From assembly GCA_963663475.2 (NCBI GenBank), contig CAXXJV010000001.1, forward strand, positions 288,001 through 352,000: DNA of 64,000 bases. Reading direction: 5' to 3'. The first letter of the stretch is position 1. Each line of letters begins with the position of its first letter. The notes under the pieces were generated by a model that saw only the letters and a list, made by a program, of their open reading frames with translations, was not told the origin of the DNA and did not search any database. The translations under genes and the position numbers were made by a program. This document shows, one piece after another, positions 9,303 to 19,230 of the stretch. This stretch comes from Candidatus Cloacimonadales bacterium. Its GTDB lineage: Bacteria; Cloacimonadota; Cloacimonadia; Cloacimonadales; JAFGVF01.

Positions 9303-9366
9303 AGAGATAATTGGAATTCCAATTATCTCTTTTAAGTAGAATAGAGGCAGGTTATTCCTGCCTCTA
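9303..9366. repeat. 28-bp perfect palindrome plus a second hairpin downstream of the CDF gene
   Basis: AGAGATAATTGGAATTCCAATTATCTCT (9303-9330); TAGAGGCAGG-TTATT-CCTGCCTCTA (9342-9366). Confidence 0.75.
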
Positions 9367-9411
9367 CTTTATTTTAATATTAATTTATCTAATACTTGTA
9401 TTCTTTTTACC

Positions 9412-10302
9412 TTAGTAGCTAATATTTGTCTTGGGATGGTAATGAATATTAGTTTTTTTAAGGCTATCAGGGAATTCATGCATAAGTTCTTCTTCCAAAT
9501 CATCGCAGATACCATCACCTTGGGCAACAGTTAGCTGAGAATCCACTTCAATGGTTAGATTCAGAACAAAGGAAGGGCCATATTTATGTACTCCAATATG
9601 GCTGATACCAAAAACTTGTGAATGAGCAAGGACAATTTCTTCAATTTTCTTAACAAAGTCATCATCTGGCATGGCATCCATAAGGTCAGTTGAAGAATCA
9701 ACAACGATTTCGAATCCTGTTTTAAAAATAAAGACAGCAACTAAGCAAGAGGCAACAGGGTCAATCCAGATCATATTTTCATTGAAGTAGGCGAAGATTA
9801 GAGAAATTAAAACAGTTCCTGAGGCCATAATATCATTGACATGGTCGTTCATTAAGGCTTTAATAGTAGGATTTTTTGTTTGCTTATAGGTTATTTTAGT
9901 ATCTAAATAGAGATAGATTTTAGCAATAACAGTTATTGAAGCAATAATCATAGGAAAGAGAAAGCTTTGACAAGCATCATATTGGCCTTTCCAAATAGTA
10001 TAGAGGGTATTAATAGAGTTCCAAAATATGGTTGCTCCAGTTGTGACAATGAAAGCACCTACTACAATAGCAGCTATGTTATCCAGCTGTCTATGTCCAT
10101 AAGGATGTTCTTCATCAGCTGGTTTATGAGATTTCTTCATAAAAATACTGACAGCAACGTAGTAGGCTACATCAGAAGTTGAGTTAATACCGTCAGCAAT
10201 GAGGGCTTGACTTTTCCCGTAAATACCAATAATGGTTTTTAGGATTGAAAAGATAATGTTTGTTACAAGACCTAGATTTACTGATCTTTTTGTTCTGTTC
10301 AT
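9412..10302 (-). CDS. Cation diffusion facilitator (FieF/CzcD family)
   Basis: SQALIADGINSTSD, KPADEEHPYGH, DHVND, C-terminal IHYHP. Confidence 0.92.
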   Translation of the reverse strand: MNRTKRSVNLGLVTNIIFSILKTIIGIYGKSQALIADGINSTSDVAYYVAVSIFMKKSHKPADEEHPYGHRQLDNIAAIVVGAFIVTTGATIFWNSINTLYTIWKGQYDACQSFLFPMIIASITVIAKIYLYLDTKITYKQTKNPTIKALMNDHVNDIMASGTVLISLIFAYFNENMIWIDPVASCLVAVFIFKTGFEIVVDSSTDLMDAMPDDDFVKKIEEIVLAHSQVFGISHIGVHKYGPSFVLNLTIEVDSQLTVAQGDGICDDLEEELMHEFPDSLKKTNIHYHPKTNISY

Positions 10303-11327
10303 TAATATACCTCCATAGAGTCAATGATAGGAATACTTGTTAGTTTTGAGATTTCTCTTTGTAAAATTTTGGCATCAAGATGTCTTCCTTTTACAGAGAA
10401 ACTATTTAGGGCTAATGCTGAGATATGAAATTTATTAATAGCTTTGATATCCATGTTTTTTGTTATTTCTGATAGATTATAATAGCTAAGCTGAAGTTGG
10501 TAAGGGTGGTTAACGATTAGACTTATCTTTTGCTTAAGAAGAGGTAATCTAACCTTTTCCCAAATACTATCAGTAATGACTCCTGGTATATAGATATGGC
10601 TAAGCTGATTATCATTTAATAAGGCAACAAGGTCTTTTTCATTTCCCAAGAGGCTTGTTCTTTCTAAGACTAGCTTATTTTCATTAAGCAAGAGTAGTTT
10701 ATCAGTCTTATCATTTAATTGAGGATAAGAAGCTTCTTGTATTTCTGTTAAAAGTAACAATCTCTTAAGCTCAGTTATGATTTCCTTAAGACTACCATAA
10801 TTAGCACTTACAACCAATATTATTAGATCAATATCTGGTCTAAGAGTAATAGCTTTTCTATCTAAAGACCCATCAATGATAATAAAGCGAGGCTTAAAAT
10901 CTCTAATTTTATTAGCCAGTTCTACTTGTTCTTTGGCTGTAGAAGGGCCAACAATTTCTGTTTCTAGATCTTGCAGAGCTCTAGCAACCCAGATACTAAA
11001 AGAACCTGCTTTATAGTCACTTTTGATAAGAATTTCTACTTTTCCTGAGAACCTTTCTAAGATGTTAGAATGGGTAACAAAAATTGAATTTTGCTTGATT
11101 AGCACTTTAGGCTTTTCATGCCCCCCAACTAAATCATAGTCTTCCCCATCTCTCCCAGTAGTAAGCAGAGCAAGATTACCAGCTTGTGCTAAATTATCAG
11201 ATAAGTAGTTTAAGAAAGTAGTTTTACCTGCATTCTTACACATACCAGTAATAGCTATAAGTGGTATAGGTTTGGGAATATTTTCAATCTGTTTTAATAA
11301 GTTATTCATTAGTTTCAATTTTATCAT
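10302..11327 (-). CDS. P-loop protein resembling KamB (lysine 5,6-aminomutase reactivase subunit)
   Basis: ITGMCKNAGKTT, TTGRDGE, IIDGSLDRK motifs recalled from kam-operon proteins; real start may be ATG 11309. Confidence 0.6.
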   Translation of the reverse strand: MIKLKLMNNLLKQIENIPKPIPLIAITGMCKNAGKTTFLNYLSDNLAQAGNLALLTTGRDGEDYDLVGGHEKPKVLIKQNSIFVTHSNILERFSGKVEILIKSDYKAGSFSIWVARALQDLETEIVGPSTAKEQVELANKIRDFKPRFIIIDGSLDRKAITLRPDIDLIILVVSANYGSLKEIITELKRLLLLTEIQEASYPQLNDKTDKLLLLNENKLVLERTSLLGNEKDLVALLNDNQLSHIYIPGVITDSIWEKVRLPLLKQKISLIVNHPYQLQLSYYNLSEITKNMDIKAINKFHISALALNSFSVKGRHLDAKILQREISKLTSIPIIDSMEVY

Positions 11328-13701
11328 TTCTTAAATATTTGTCAAACCATTCATTGATTTCAGATAATACATGGAGTTCTGATTCTTTAGCTCGATAACT
11401 ATGTTCTTCAAAAGGCAAGATAACCATACGAGCAGTACCGCCATTACCCTTAATTGCCTGATAGAGTCTTTTAGTTTGCATGGGATAAGTTCCACTATTA
11501 GGGTCTTTATCTCCATGAATTAAGAGTAGAGGCTCATTAATTTGATCTGCTGTAGCAAAAGGTGAAACTTGCAGATAAAAATCTTTAGCTTGCCAAAAAG
11601 TCCTTCTTTCTTTCTGAAAACCAAAAGGTGTTAAAGTTCTATTGTAAGCACCGCTTTTAGCTACCCCTACTTGGCAAAGATCTGAGTTTGCTAAAACATT
11701 TGCTACCATAAAGGCACCATAACTATGACCAATAATACCAACTTTTTCAGGATTAATAATCTCTCTTTCATCTAAGTAATCTATGGCAGAAGAAACTCCA
11801 GCAAGTAGCTGTTCCAGAAAAGTGTCATTAACAACTTGAGGATCACCAACAATAGGAATAGAAGCATTATAAAGAACCGCATAGCCATTCATAGCTAAAT
11901 AACGAATATCATCGCCATAGTACCAAGTAAAGGTCTTATCTGAGCCAGAGACTTGACCTGCTGTTTCAGCAGAAGCATATTCTCTGGGGTAAGCATGAAT
12001 AATGAGAGGAAGTTTCTCTTTTCCATCATAATCATGTGGTAAATAGAGAATGCCAGACAGGTCAATTCCATCACTTCTTTTGTAATTGACTAGTTCTTTT
12101 TTAAGGTTAGCATAATCGGGGTAAGGATTCTGGTTATTGGTTAAACTTCTTCTTTGACCTGTAAGTAGATTAACAAGCTGATAGTTTCGTGGTTGTTCAA
12201 TATTTTGACTACCAATAATTATACTTTCATAATTACTATCAGCAAAAGAAGAAATCTGTTCATATTTATCCAGGTCAGCTTCGAAGAGCTTTGTAAATTC
12301 TAATGTTTTAATATTGAAGGAAGCCAAGAAAGGTCTATTACCTTCTGGACTAGCACCTTGATTATTGATATAATAAATCAAATCACCATTTCTCTGAACA
12401 AGTCTTTCTTTATTTTTATTCCATACCGTAAAGAGAGAACCCCTGTCTCCATACTTATCATTAACAGATTGATCAGTTATAAGTTTGCTAGAATTATCTG
12501 CTAAATTAAGCAACCATTGCCTTGACCAGAGTCTATCCCTATCATAATCACCATAGATAATATTCTCCTTATCTGATAAACATTGATAACCACTAGCCCT
12601 ATGTTGAGTTTTAAAAAAGACCTCACTTATTTTAAAAGGATAATCACTTTTATAAATTATGTCTCTATATTCTACTTGCTGATTAGGGTCACCTTCATCT
12701 TGGGCTTGATACCAGACTAGTGTTTGCTCAGCAATAGGCAACCAATGATGGTATCTTTGACCTGCATAAGTTCCTCCAATAGGAATTTCATCCTGTAAAG
12801 GTCTATCCATAATATGCTTGACTTCTTTCCCTTTTAGATTCCAGATAGAAGTAGTCTGAGGGAAATAATAGTAGGGAACTGTATAGGAATAGGGGGTATT
12901 AATTTTAGTTACAAGCAAGAGTTTGTTGTTAGGAGAGATTTCAACTGAAGGATAAATACCAGCTGGTCCAATCTCCTTTATCTTCTTTGATTTAAGATTA
13001 ACAATAGCTATTTGGCTAGTGAAATAATAGTCAAAAAGAATTTCATCATTAGGAGATTTTAGCAGTTTAGTGTAGGTTCTCATCTGACTCATCTTACCGG
13101 AAGTTTCTTCTATAAGTGGAGATTGAGGGATAGGATCATAATCAGCCTCTTGAGGTCTATCTTCTGGTATCATTTGAATAAGAACTTCTTTTTGATTTGC
13201 TAACCATTGAACATGTGGCTCGCCCATAGCACCATTAAGTTTAATTTGTGGGTAGTCTGTAATTTTCTTAGTCTTAAAATCAACATAGATAAAACTTATC
13301 CCATCTTCCATTTCATAAGTCATAATAGCCTTGGAGTAATCCCAAGAATAAAAGACTGTTCTAATGGTAGCATATTTAGCAATATCTATCTGATCTGAAG
13401 AATCATTAGCAAAATCAACTAAAGAAAAACTATCAGTCTGATAGAATTTTCTACCAGCATTTATTCGGGGAAGAAACTTTTTCCCTGCTAATTCTAAATC
13501 TTCCTCTACTAACTCATTTAAGCCAATCTGACCTTTATATGTTATTTCAAAAGCAGATTTTGAAAATGGCTTGAAAATCAGATAGGGTGGCTTGGTTATT
13601 TCATAAACATCTTTAATTCTATCATCTGGAACCTTATACTGTCCAAAAACAACTTGCACAGTAATTAAAAATATCAGGGTAACTAATTTTTTTCTTAACA
13701 T
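11302..13701 (-). CDS. Secreted S9-family (prolyl oligopeptidase-like, glutamyl endopeptidase type) serine peptidase
   Basis: Signal peptide, beta-propeller region, GHSYG nucleophile, SGAYNRTLTPFGFQ, HGDKDPNSGT, EEHSY. Confidence 0.9.
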   Translation of the reverse strand: MLRKKLVTLIFLITVQVVFGQYKVPDDRIKDVYEITKPPYLIFKPFSKSAFEITYKGQIGLNELVEEDLELAGKKFLPRINAGRKFYQTDSFSLVDFANDSSDQIDIAKYATIRTVFYSWDYSKAIMTYEMEDGISFIYVDFKTKKITDYPQIKLNGAMGEPHVQWLANQKEVLIQMIPEDRPQEADYDPIPQSPLIEETSGKMSQMRTYTKLLKSPNDEILFDYYFTSQIAIVNLKSKKIKEIGPAGIYPSVEISPNNKLLLVTKINTPYSYTVPYYYFPQTTSIWNLKGKEVKHIMDRPLQDEIPIGGTYAGQRYHHWLPIAEQTLVWYQAQDEGDPNQQVEYRDIIYKSDYPFKISEVFFKTQHRASGYQCLSDKENIIYGDYDRDRLWSRQWLLNLADNSSKLITDQSVNDKYGDRGSLFTVWNKNKERLVQRNGDLIYYINNQGASPEGNRPFLASFNIKTLEFTKLFEADLDKYEQISSFADSNYESIIIGSQNIEQPRNYQLVNLLTGQRRSLTNNQNPYPDYANLKKELVNYKRSDGIDLSGILYLPHDYDGKEKLPLIIHAYPREYASAETAGQVSGSDKTFTWYYGDDIRYLAMNGYAVLYNASIPIVGDPQVVNDTFLEQLLAGVSSAIDYLDEREIINPEKVGIIGHSYGAFMVANVLANSDLCQVGVAKSGAYNRTLTPFGFQKERRTFWQAKDFYLQVSPFATADQINEPLLLIHGDKDPNSGTYPMQTKRLYQAIKGNGGTARMVILPFEEHSYRAKESELHVLSEINEWFDKYLRNDKIETNE

Positions 13702-13888
13702 TAAAAATCCTTATCATTCATTAGTTTATAGGCCAATAATCTCACTTATATCATACTATTTTTTTGTGTAAATTTTTGTAAACAAAATTTTTCTTGCTAA
13801 ATAAGCTTAATGATTTTTTTTTGCATTTCAATGAACAAACTAAAAAAAAATTAATCAAAAATGGAAAGGAATAAAAAAAGGAATTTAA

Positions 13889-15967
13889 ATGGACATTACG
13901 AAACTTAGGAATATTGGAATTAGTGCTCATATCGACTCAGGAAAGACTACTTTATCAGAAAGGATTCTTTATTATACAGGAAAGATTCATACTATACATG
14001 AAGTACGCGGTAAAGATGGTGTAGGTGCCACAATGGATTCAATGGAATTAGAAAAAGAGAGAGGTATCACAATTGCCTCTGCTGCAACAAGCGTAACATG
14101 GAAAGGGTATGATATTAATTTAATCGATACACCTGGTCACGTTGACTTCACAATAGAGGTTGAAAATGCCCTTCGCGTGCTAGATGGAGCTATCCTTGTG
14201 CTATGTAGTGTCGGTGGCGTGCAATCACAGACTATCACTGTTGATCGCCAACTTAAAAGATATGATGTACCCAACTTAGTCTTTATTAATAAAATGGATA
14301 GATCTGGTGCAGACCCAATTAGAGTTACTTCTCAAGTTCGCGAAAAACTTGGCAGAAATGCTGTTATGATGCAGCTTCCTATTGGTTCTGGTGATGATTT
14401 TGAAGGAATCATCGACCTTGTGAAAATGGTAGCTGTTTATTACGAAGGTCCTAATGGTGATATTTTAGTAGAAAAAGAAATTCCTGCTGACATGTATGAT
14501 TTTGCTGTTGAAAAACGTGAGCAAATGTTAGATCAGGCTTCTATGTTCTCTGAAGATTTAATGGAAGCATTTTTAGAAGGTAATGAAACTGAAGAAATGA
14601 TTAATGAAGCTATCAGAATCGGAACTATTAAACGTGAATTTGTTCCTGTTTTCTTAGGTACTGCTTACAAAAATAAGGGTGTGCAAAAACTATTAGATGC
14701 TGTTGTTGACTATCTTCCAGCTCCTAATGATGTTACTAACTATGCTTATGATGTTGCAGCCGGCGACAAAGAAGTTCCTCTTTCACATAGCCCAGAAGAA
14801 GACCTTGTTGCTATGGCATTTAAATTAGATAACCAAGTCTATGGACAGCTTACTTATCTTAGAATTTATCAGGGTACTCTTAAGAAAGGAACAGACATTA
14901 CCAACATTTCTAACGGAAAGAGAGTTAAAGTTGGACGTCTTATTAGGATGCATTCTGATTCTATGGAAGATATTCAGGAAGGAAAAGCTGGTGATATCAT
15001 TGCTATGTTTGGTGTTGATTGTGCTTTAGGTGATACTTTCAATAGTGGAGATAGGGTTTTATCTCTCAAATCTATGTATGTTCCTGAACCAATCATTTCT
15101 CTTGCTGTAACATGTAAAGATAAGAAATCTGTAAACAACATGGGTAAAGCCTTAAATAGATTCTCTAAAGAAGACCCTACTTTCAAGTATGAAATTGATG
15201 AAGAATCAAGTCAAACTATCATCTCAGGTATGGGTGAATTGCATCTTGATGTTTATATTGAAAGAATGAGAAGAGAATATAAAGTTGATATTGAAACAGG
15301 CCAACCTGAAGTTGCTTACCGTGAATCTATTGGTTCAGAAGCCTTATTCAACTATACACATAAAAAACAATCTGGTGGACGTGGTCAATTTGCTAAAATA
15401 GCTGGAGCTATCAGACCAGTTGAAGGAGACTCAGTATTCCTTGATAAAATTACTGGTGGTGTAATTCCAAGCACATATATTCCTTCAGTTGAAAAAGGAT
15501 TCAGAGCTTCTCTTGATAAAGGAGAATTAACTGGTTTCCCTGTTGTAGGTATTGAATTTGAGCTTAATGATGGTTCTTATCACCAAGTTGACTCTTCACA
15601 AATGGCCTTTGAAGTTGCAGCTAAAGCAGCTTTCAAAGAAGTTTATAAGAAAGCTAACCCTTATATTATGGAACCTATTATGAAGATTGAAGTTGAAACT
15701 CCTTCTGAATTTAGAGGTAATGTCATGGGATCAATAAACCAAAGACGTGGTGTTGTTTTAGATACAGAAATTGATGATCAATTCTCACGTATTATTGCTG
15801 AAATCCCTCTTTCAGAAATCTTCGGTTATGCAACTGTTCTACGTTCATTAACTCAAGGAAAATCTGAATTCTCACTTGAGTTCTCTTCTTATAAAAGAGT
15901 TCCTAAACAAATGGAAGAAAAGATGTTGGAAGAAATTAGAAAAAGGAATGCTGAAAAAGGCAATTAA
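13889..15967 (+). CDS. fusA: Elongation factor G (stand-alone copy)
   Basis: [45 protein letters not shown]. Confidence 0.97.
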   Translation: MDITKLRNIGISAHIDSGKTTLSERILYYTGKIHTIHEVRGKDGVGATMDSMELEKERGITIASAATSVTWKGYDINLIDTPGHVDFTIEVENALRVLDGAILVLCSVGGVQSQTITVDRQLKRYDVPNLVFINKMDRSGADPIRVTSQVREKLGRNAVMMQLPIGSGDDFEGIIDLVKMVAVYYEGPNGDILVEKEIPADMYDFAVEKREQMLDQASMFSEDLMEAFLEGNETEEMINEAIRIGTIKREFVPVFLGTAYKNKGVQKLLDAVVDYLPAPNDVTNYAYDVAAGDKEVPLSHSPEEDLVAMAFKLDNQVYGQLTYLRIYQGTLKKGTDITNISNGKRVKVGRLIRMHSDSMEDIQEGKAGDIIAMFGVDCALGDTFNSGDRVLSLKSMYVPEPIISLAVTCKDKKSVNNMGKALNRFSKEDPTFKYEIDEESSQTIISGMGELHLDVYIERMRREYKVDIETGQPEVAYRESIGSEALFNYTHKKQSGGRGQFAKIAGAIRPVEGDSVFLDKITGGVIPSTYIPSVEKGFRASLDKGELTGFPVVGIEFELNDGSYHQVDSSQMAFEVAAKAAFKEVYKKANPYIMEPIMKIEVETPSEFRGNVMGSINQRRGVVLDTEIDDQFSRIIAEIPLSEIFGYATVLRSLTQGKSEFSLEFSSYKRVPKQMEEKMLEEIRKRNAEKGN

Positions 15968-15985
15968 TTCTAAGAATAAAAATAT

Positions 15986-16028
15986 AAAGACCTTGCAGGA
16001 GATATTGCTTCTGCAAGGTCTTTCTTTT
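15986..16028 (+). terminator. fusA intrinsic terminator
   Basis: AAAGACCTTGCAGGAG-ATATTG-CTTCTGCAAGGTCTTT then T-rich. Confidence 0.8.
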
Positions 16029-16052
16029 ATCCCAAGTATTGAGTATGGTTTA

Positions 16053-16124
16053 ACCTAAATAATGCAGTAGATCTTTGTGAATAGCAGAATATTCTACACT
16101 AAAGTTCTACTACACTATCTGGGA
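16053..16124. mobile_element. MITE family B, short copy
   Basis: ACCTAAATAATGCAGTAGATCTTTG ... AAAGTTCTACTACACTATCTGGGA with TTA flanks. Confidence 0.65.
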
Positions 16125-16185
16125 TTATTCAAGCAATATGCTATAATGAAAGTCTCTTATTTACCACCAGACTTGAACAAGAGCC
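16125..16185. mobile_element. Solo terminal fragment of MITE family A
   Basis: 61 bp nearly identical to the reverse complement of 594-654, ending in ...ACTTGAACAAGAGCC directly against the stop codon at 16186. Confidence 0.85.
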
Positions 16186-17694
16186 TTATTTTTCTAGTTT
16201 TCTGATTATTTCTTGGATTCTCTCATCTTGTCCTTTAAGTTCAAGGGCTTTCTGATAAGATTCTATTGCTTTTTGCTTATTACCTAAAATATTATAAGCC
16301 TCACCTAAACTATCCCAAGCATTCCAAGAATCAGGAAAATAGTCTGTTAGTAACTGAAAGATATTAAATGCTACTTCAGTATTTCCTGCTTGTAAGTTTC
16401 TATAGGCAAAAATATTTATATCTCTTTCCTTAAAATAAGCTAAGTCAACTGAATGATCTTTAGCCTGTAAGAGAACTTGCCTGGCCTGATTAATATCTTG
16501 GGTAAGCATAGTTAAGAAGTCTTTTTTACTAGGAGGTAATTGTTGTCCTTTCTCCCACCTATTAACAAGTAAAAAGTCATCTGCTAGCTTATCATCATTG
16601 AGTATTATATCTTTCATTTCCAGAAATGATTCTTGCTTTTTGACAAGCTCTTTACAGAAAGCTAGGACTAGTTTTAGACTTAATTCATAGGCCAAATCTC
16701 TGTCTTTTCTATTTAAAATTTGCTTTTCGGTAAAACAATGGGCTTGTAAGACATATTGAGAAGTGAAAGCATTATGAGGAATTCCTTTGAACCTTATTTG
16801 ATATCTATCTGAATAGATAAGCTTATCAAAGAAATCACTTGTTCTATTAGCTAAAAAAGGTCCATCAAGTTCTAAATATTTCAAATCTCTCACTGCAAAT
16901 TCTGGCCTGATATCTTGCTGGTGTTTAATCAGACTTTGGGGGTTAGTATATTCGCTATGCAAGCCAATTATTCCTTTAACAGCCATATTCTCTTGGGCAA
17001 AAACAACATTAGCAAAAGCACCTAAGCAAAAACCTATCAAAAGAACTTCATCACTTTTAGCATTTTCTAGTTTATTCAAATAACCATAGAGATAGCGAAT
17101 ATCATTAACACATGTTCTTAAACCTATCTTGTCAAACTCTACCTGTCTTTCAGAAAAGCCAGCTGATGGACAAGAAATTACTAAGAATCCATGACTTGCT
17201 AATAGTTCACACATGATAAAATTCTCACTGGCTATTTCATTTCCTCCAGGACTATAAATTACTACAGGAAATTCTTGATTTATTTCTTGGGCATTTTCTA
17301 CTGCTAGTGTTTTTCTAAAGAAAACTTTAGCAAAATTATCTTCTTTTACACCAGCCTGCAAATACCTAGCTTTTAAAGCTTGAATAAAATCTTCTTTACT
17401 CTGGCCATAATCAAAATCACTTTCTAGTTGTGCTATATATTGGTAATCAATAAATTCCATTACTTTTTCATTTTCAACACTAGCCGGATACCATATACTC
17501 ACCTGCATTGGGCGATAACCAATAGCTGAATCACCATTGGGGTAAGTGCGTGAATAATCATAAGTCTCAAGATGCTTATAACCAACCTTATATTGACCAC
17601 TTGCTACTTGTCCCCAAATCTCACTTTCTAAGTATGTTGCTCCCAGAGGTAAGAACATAAAAAAAAGTAATATCACTAATAAAAATATATTCAT
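16186..17694 (-). CDS. Secreted alpha/beta-hydrolase (dienelactone hydrolase-like) with C-terminal TPR
   Basis: Signal peptide; RPMQVSIWYPA, FPVVIYSPG, ELLASHGF, GFCLG elbow; NAWDSLGEAY...AIESYQKALEL TPR. Confidence 0.8.
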   Translation of the reverse strand: MNIFLLVILLFFMFLPLGATYLESEIWGQVASGQYKVGYKHLETYDYSRTYPNGDSAIGYRPMQVSIWYPASVENEKVMEFIDYQYIAQLESDFDYGQSKEDFIQALKARYLQAGVKEDNFAKVFFRKTLAVENAQEINQEFPVVIYSPGGNEIASENFIMCELLASHGFLVISCPSAGFSERQVEFDKIGLRTCVNDIRYLYGYLNKLENAKSDEVLLIGFCLGAFANVVFAQENMAVKGIIGLHSEYTNPQSLIKHQQDIRPEFAVRDLKYLELDGPFLANRTSDFFDKLIYSDRYQIRFKGIPHNAFTSQYVLQAHCFTEKQILNRKDRDLAYELSLKLVLAFCKELVKKQESFLEMKDIILNDDKLADDFLLVNRWEKGQQLPPSKKDFLTMLTQDINQARQVLLQAKDHSVDLAYFKERDINIFAYRNLQAGNTEVAFNIFQLLTDYFPDSWNAWDSLGEAYNILGNKQKAIESYQKALELKGQDERIQEIIRKLEK

Positions 17695-17732
17695 AAGAGT
17701 CTCCTTTAGAAATCAATTTATGCAGTAGGATT

Positions 17733-19130
17733 TTATTTATAGTATAAAAACTTAGCCATTTTCTGACCTTTGTCTGTAGCAATTTTTAAGAAATAAATGC
17801 CATTGCTTAAGAGTAAATCAGCTGTTGAGAAATTAACTTCCCCTGCCAACTTTTCTGGAGAAAACGAAGCTAACTTTTGTCCTTTCAAATTGTAAAGCTC
17901 AATACTTTTAACTAGGCTTCCCTTCTCTAATTTTAAACTTATTCTATCATTAGTAGGATTAGGAAAAACTTTGCTTGTGTGAACCGATTCAACCTCGTTA
18001 TTAGAATTTGCGACAATGGTATTATTTATCCAGAGAGTTAGAGGGCTTGAAGTAGCATTAGCAGTTAAAACATCTGATCCTACTACAAAATCAATATCAT
18101 TATCATTATCAAAATCTCCAACTGCCAGTGGCCAAGCTCCCCACTGGTAGGATGCTAAGAGACTTCTATTGAAATCTCCATTATCTTGAATCCAATAATA
18201 TATCTTGCAACTTGACCAAGCAGTCGCAATTAAATCCATCTGATTATCATTATTTAAATAAGCTGGTTCAACTGTTACAGCCCCCACAACACTTGAAGAA
18301 ACTAAATGTTTCTCCCAGGCTTGAACTGTCTGTCCATCATTTTCCCACCAAGAAATCTCATTAGAGGTGTATGCAACCCCAATAATGTCTGGAAGATTAT
18401 CATTATTCATGTCTGCAATACTGACCCAATGAGCTCTTACAAAACTACTTGCGTGTTCTTGCTTAGACCAGGTAATCTCTTCTTGGCCTGAATTATACCA
18501 AACTGAAATTTCATTAGCATCCATTGAAGCACCAATAACATCTGGATATGTATCTCCATTCATGTCATGCACTTCTATGGCTTGACAACCTGGAAAATCA
18601 CTTGCTATTTCATGCTGAATCCATAATTCATTTACCTTTTCCCACCAGAGAATTTTACCCAAACCAGCTGCTGCACACACAATATCCATATTTCCATCAG
18701 AATTAAGATCATGACCTATTACCCTATGGGCTCCTGTGATATTACTAGCAATATCTTCTCTTTCAAAATAAAGAAAATCTTCAAAAAAATTAGTGTACCA
18801 AATAGTGACAAGTCCATCTACTGCTGAAGAAGCAATAACATCAGGATAGTTATCCCCATTCATATCCTCACCATATAAGTATTGTGGATCAAAATCACTT
18901 GCAACTAGATGCTGAATTGGATTCTCCCAATCACCTGTATTCTCAAAGAGGATAATTTCATCACTTGAATTCTTGGAGACAAGTAAATCTAAATCATCAT
19001 CCATATCAAAATTAATGACTGCTAGTCCAGGATTATCCTCACCAGCTTGTCCTATTTCGATACTTGTAAAGTTTAGACATAATAAATTACTAAACATACA
19101 AATTATTAAAATACTAAAATACTTTCTCAT
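17733..19130 (-). CDS. FG-GAP/VCBS repeat protein with T9SS-like C-terminal sorting domain
   Basis: Repeated D-x-N-G-D-x-x-x-D-V/I motifs; VFPNPTN...LYNLKGQ...GIYFLKI C-terminus. Confidence 0.88.
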   Translation of the reverse strand: MRKYFSILIICMFSNLLCLNFTSIEIGQAGEDNPGLAVINFDMDDDLDLLVSKNSSDEIILFENTGDWENPIQHLVASDFDPQYLYGEDMNGDNYPDVIASSAVDGLVTIWYTNFFEDFLYFEREDIASNITGAHRVIGHDLNSDGNMDIVCAAAGLGKILWWEKVNELWIQHEIASDFPGCQAIEVHDMNGDTYPDVIGASMDANEISVWYNSGQEEITWSKQEHASSFVRAHWVSIADMNNDNLPDIIGVAYTSNEISWWENDGQTVQAWEKHLVSSSVVGAVTVEPAYLNNDNQMDLIATAWSSCKIYYWIQDNGDFNRSLLASYQWGAWPLAVGDFDNDNDIDFVVGSDVLTANATSSPLTLWINNTIVANSNNEVESVHTSKVFPNPTNDRISLKLEKGSLVKSIELYNLKGQKLASFSPEKLAGEVNFSTADLLLSNGIYFLKIATDKGQKMAKFLYYK

Positions 19131-19152
19131 ACTTTTTCCTTTTTAGGTTTAG

Positions 19153-19230
19153 GCCCAAACATTTCAGTAAACCTTGTCACTACTTCTATATCTTAATCTC
19201 TTCAAAAAGCTCTACTGCCCTATTTTGGGT
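19153..19230. mobile_element. MITE family B, short copy overlapping the TrmB stop codon
   Basis: Reverse complement reads ACCCAAAATAGGGCAGTAGAGCTTTTTGAAGAG...TACTGAAATGTTTGGGC. Confidence 0.65.
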
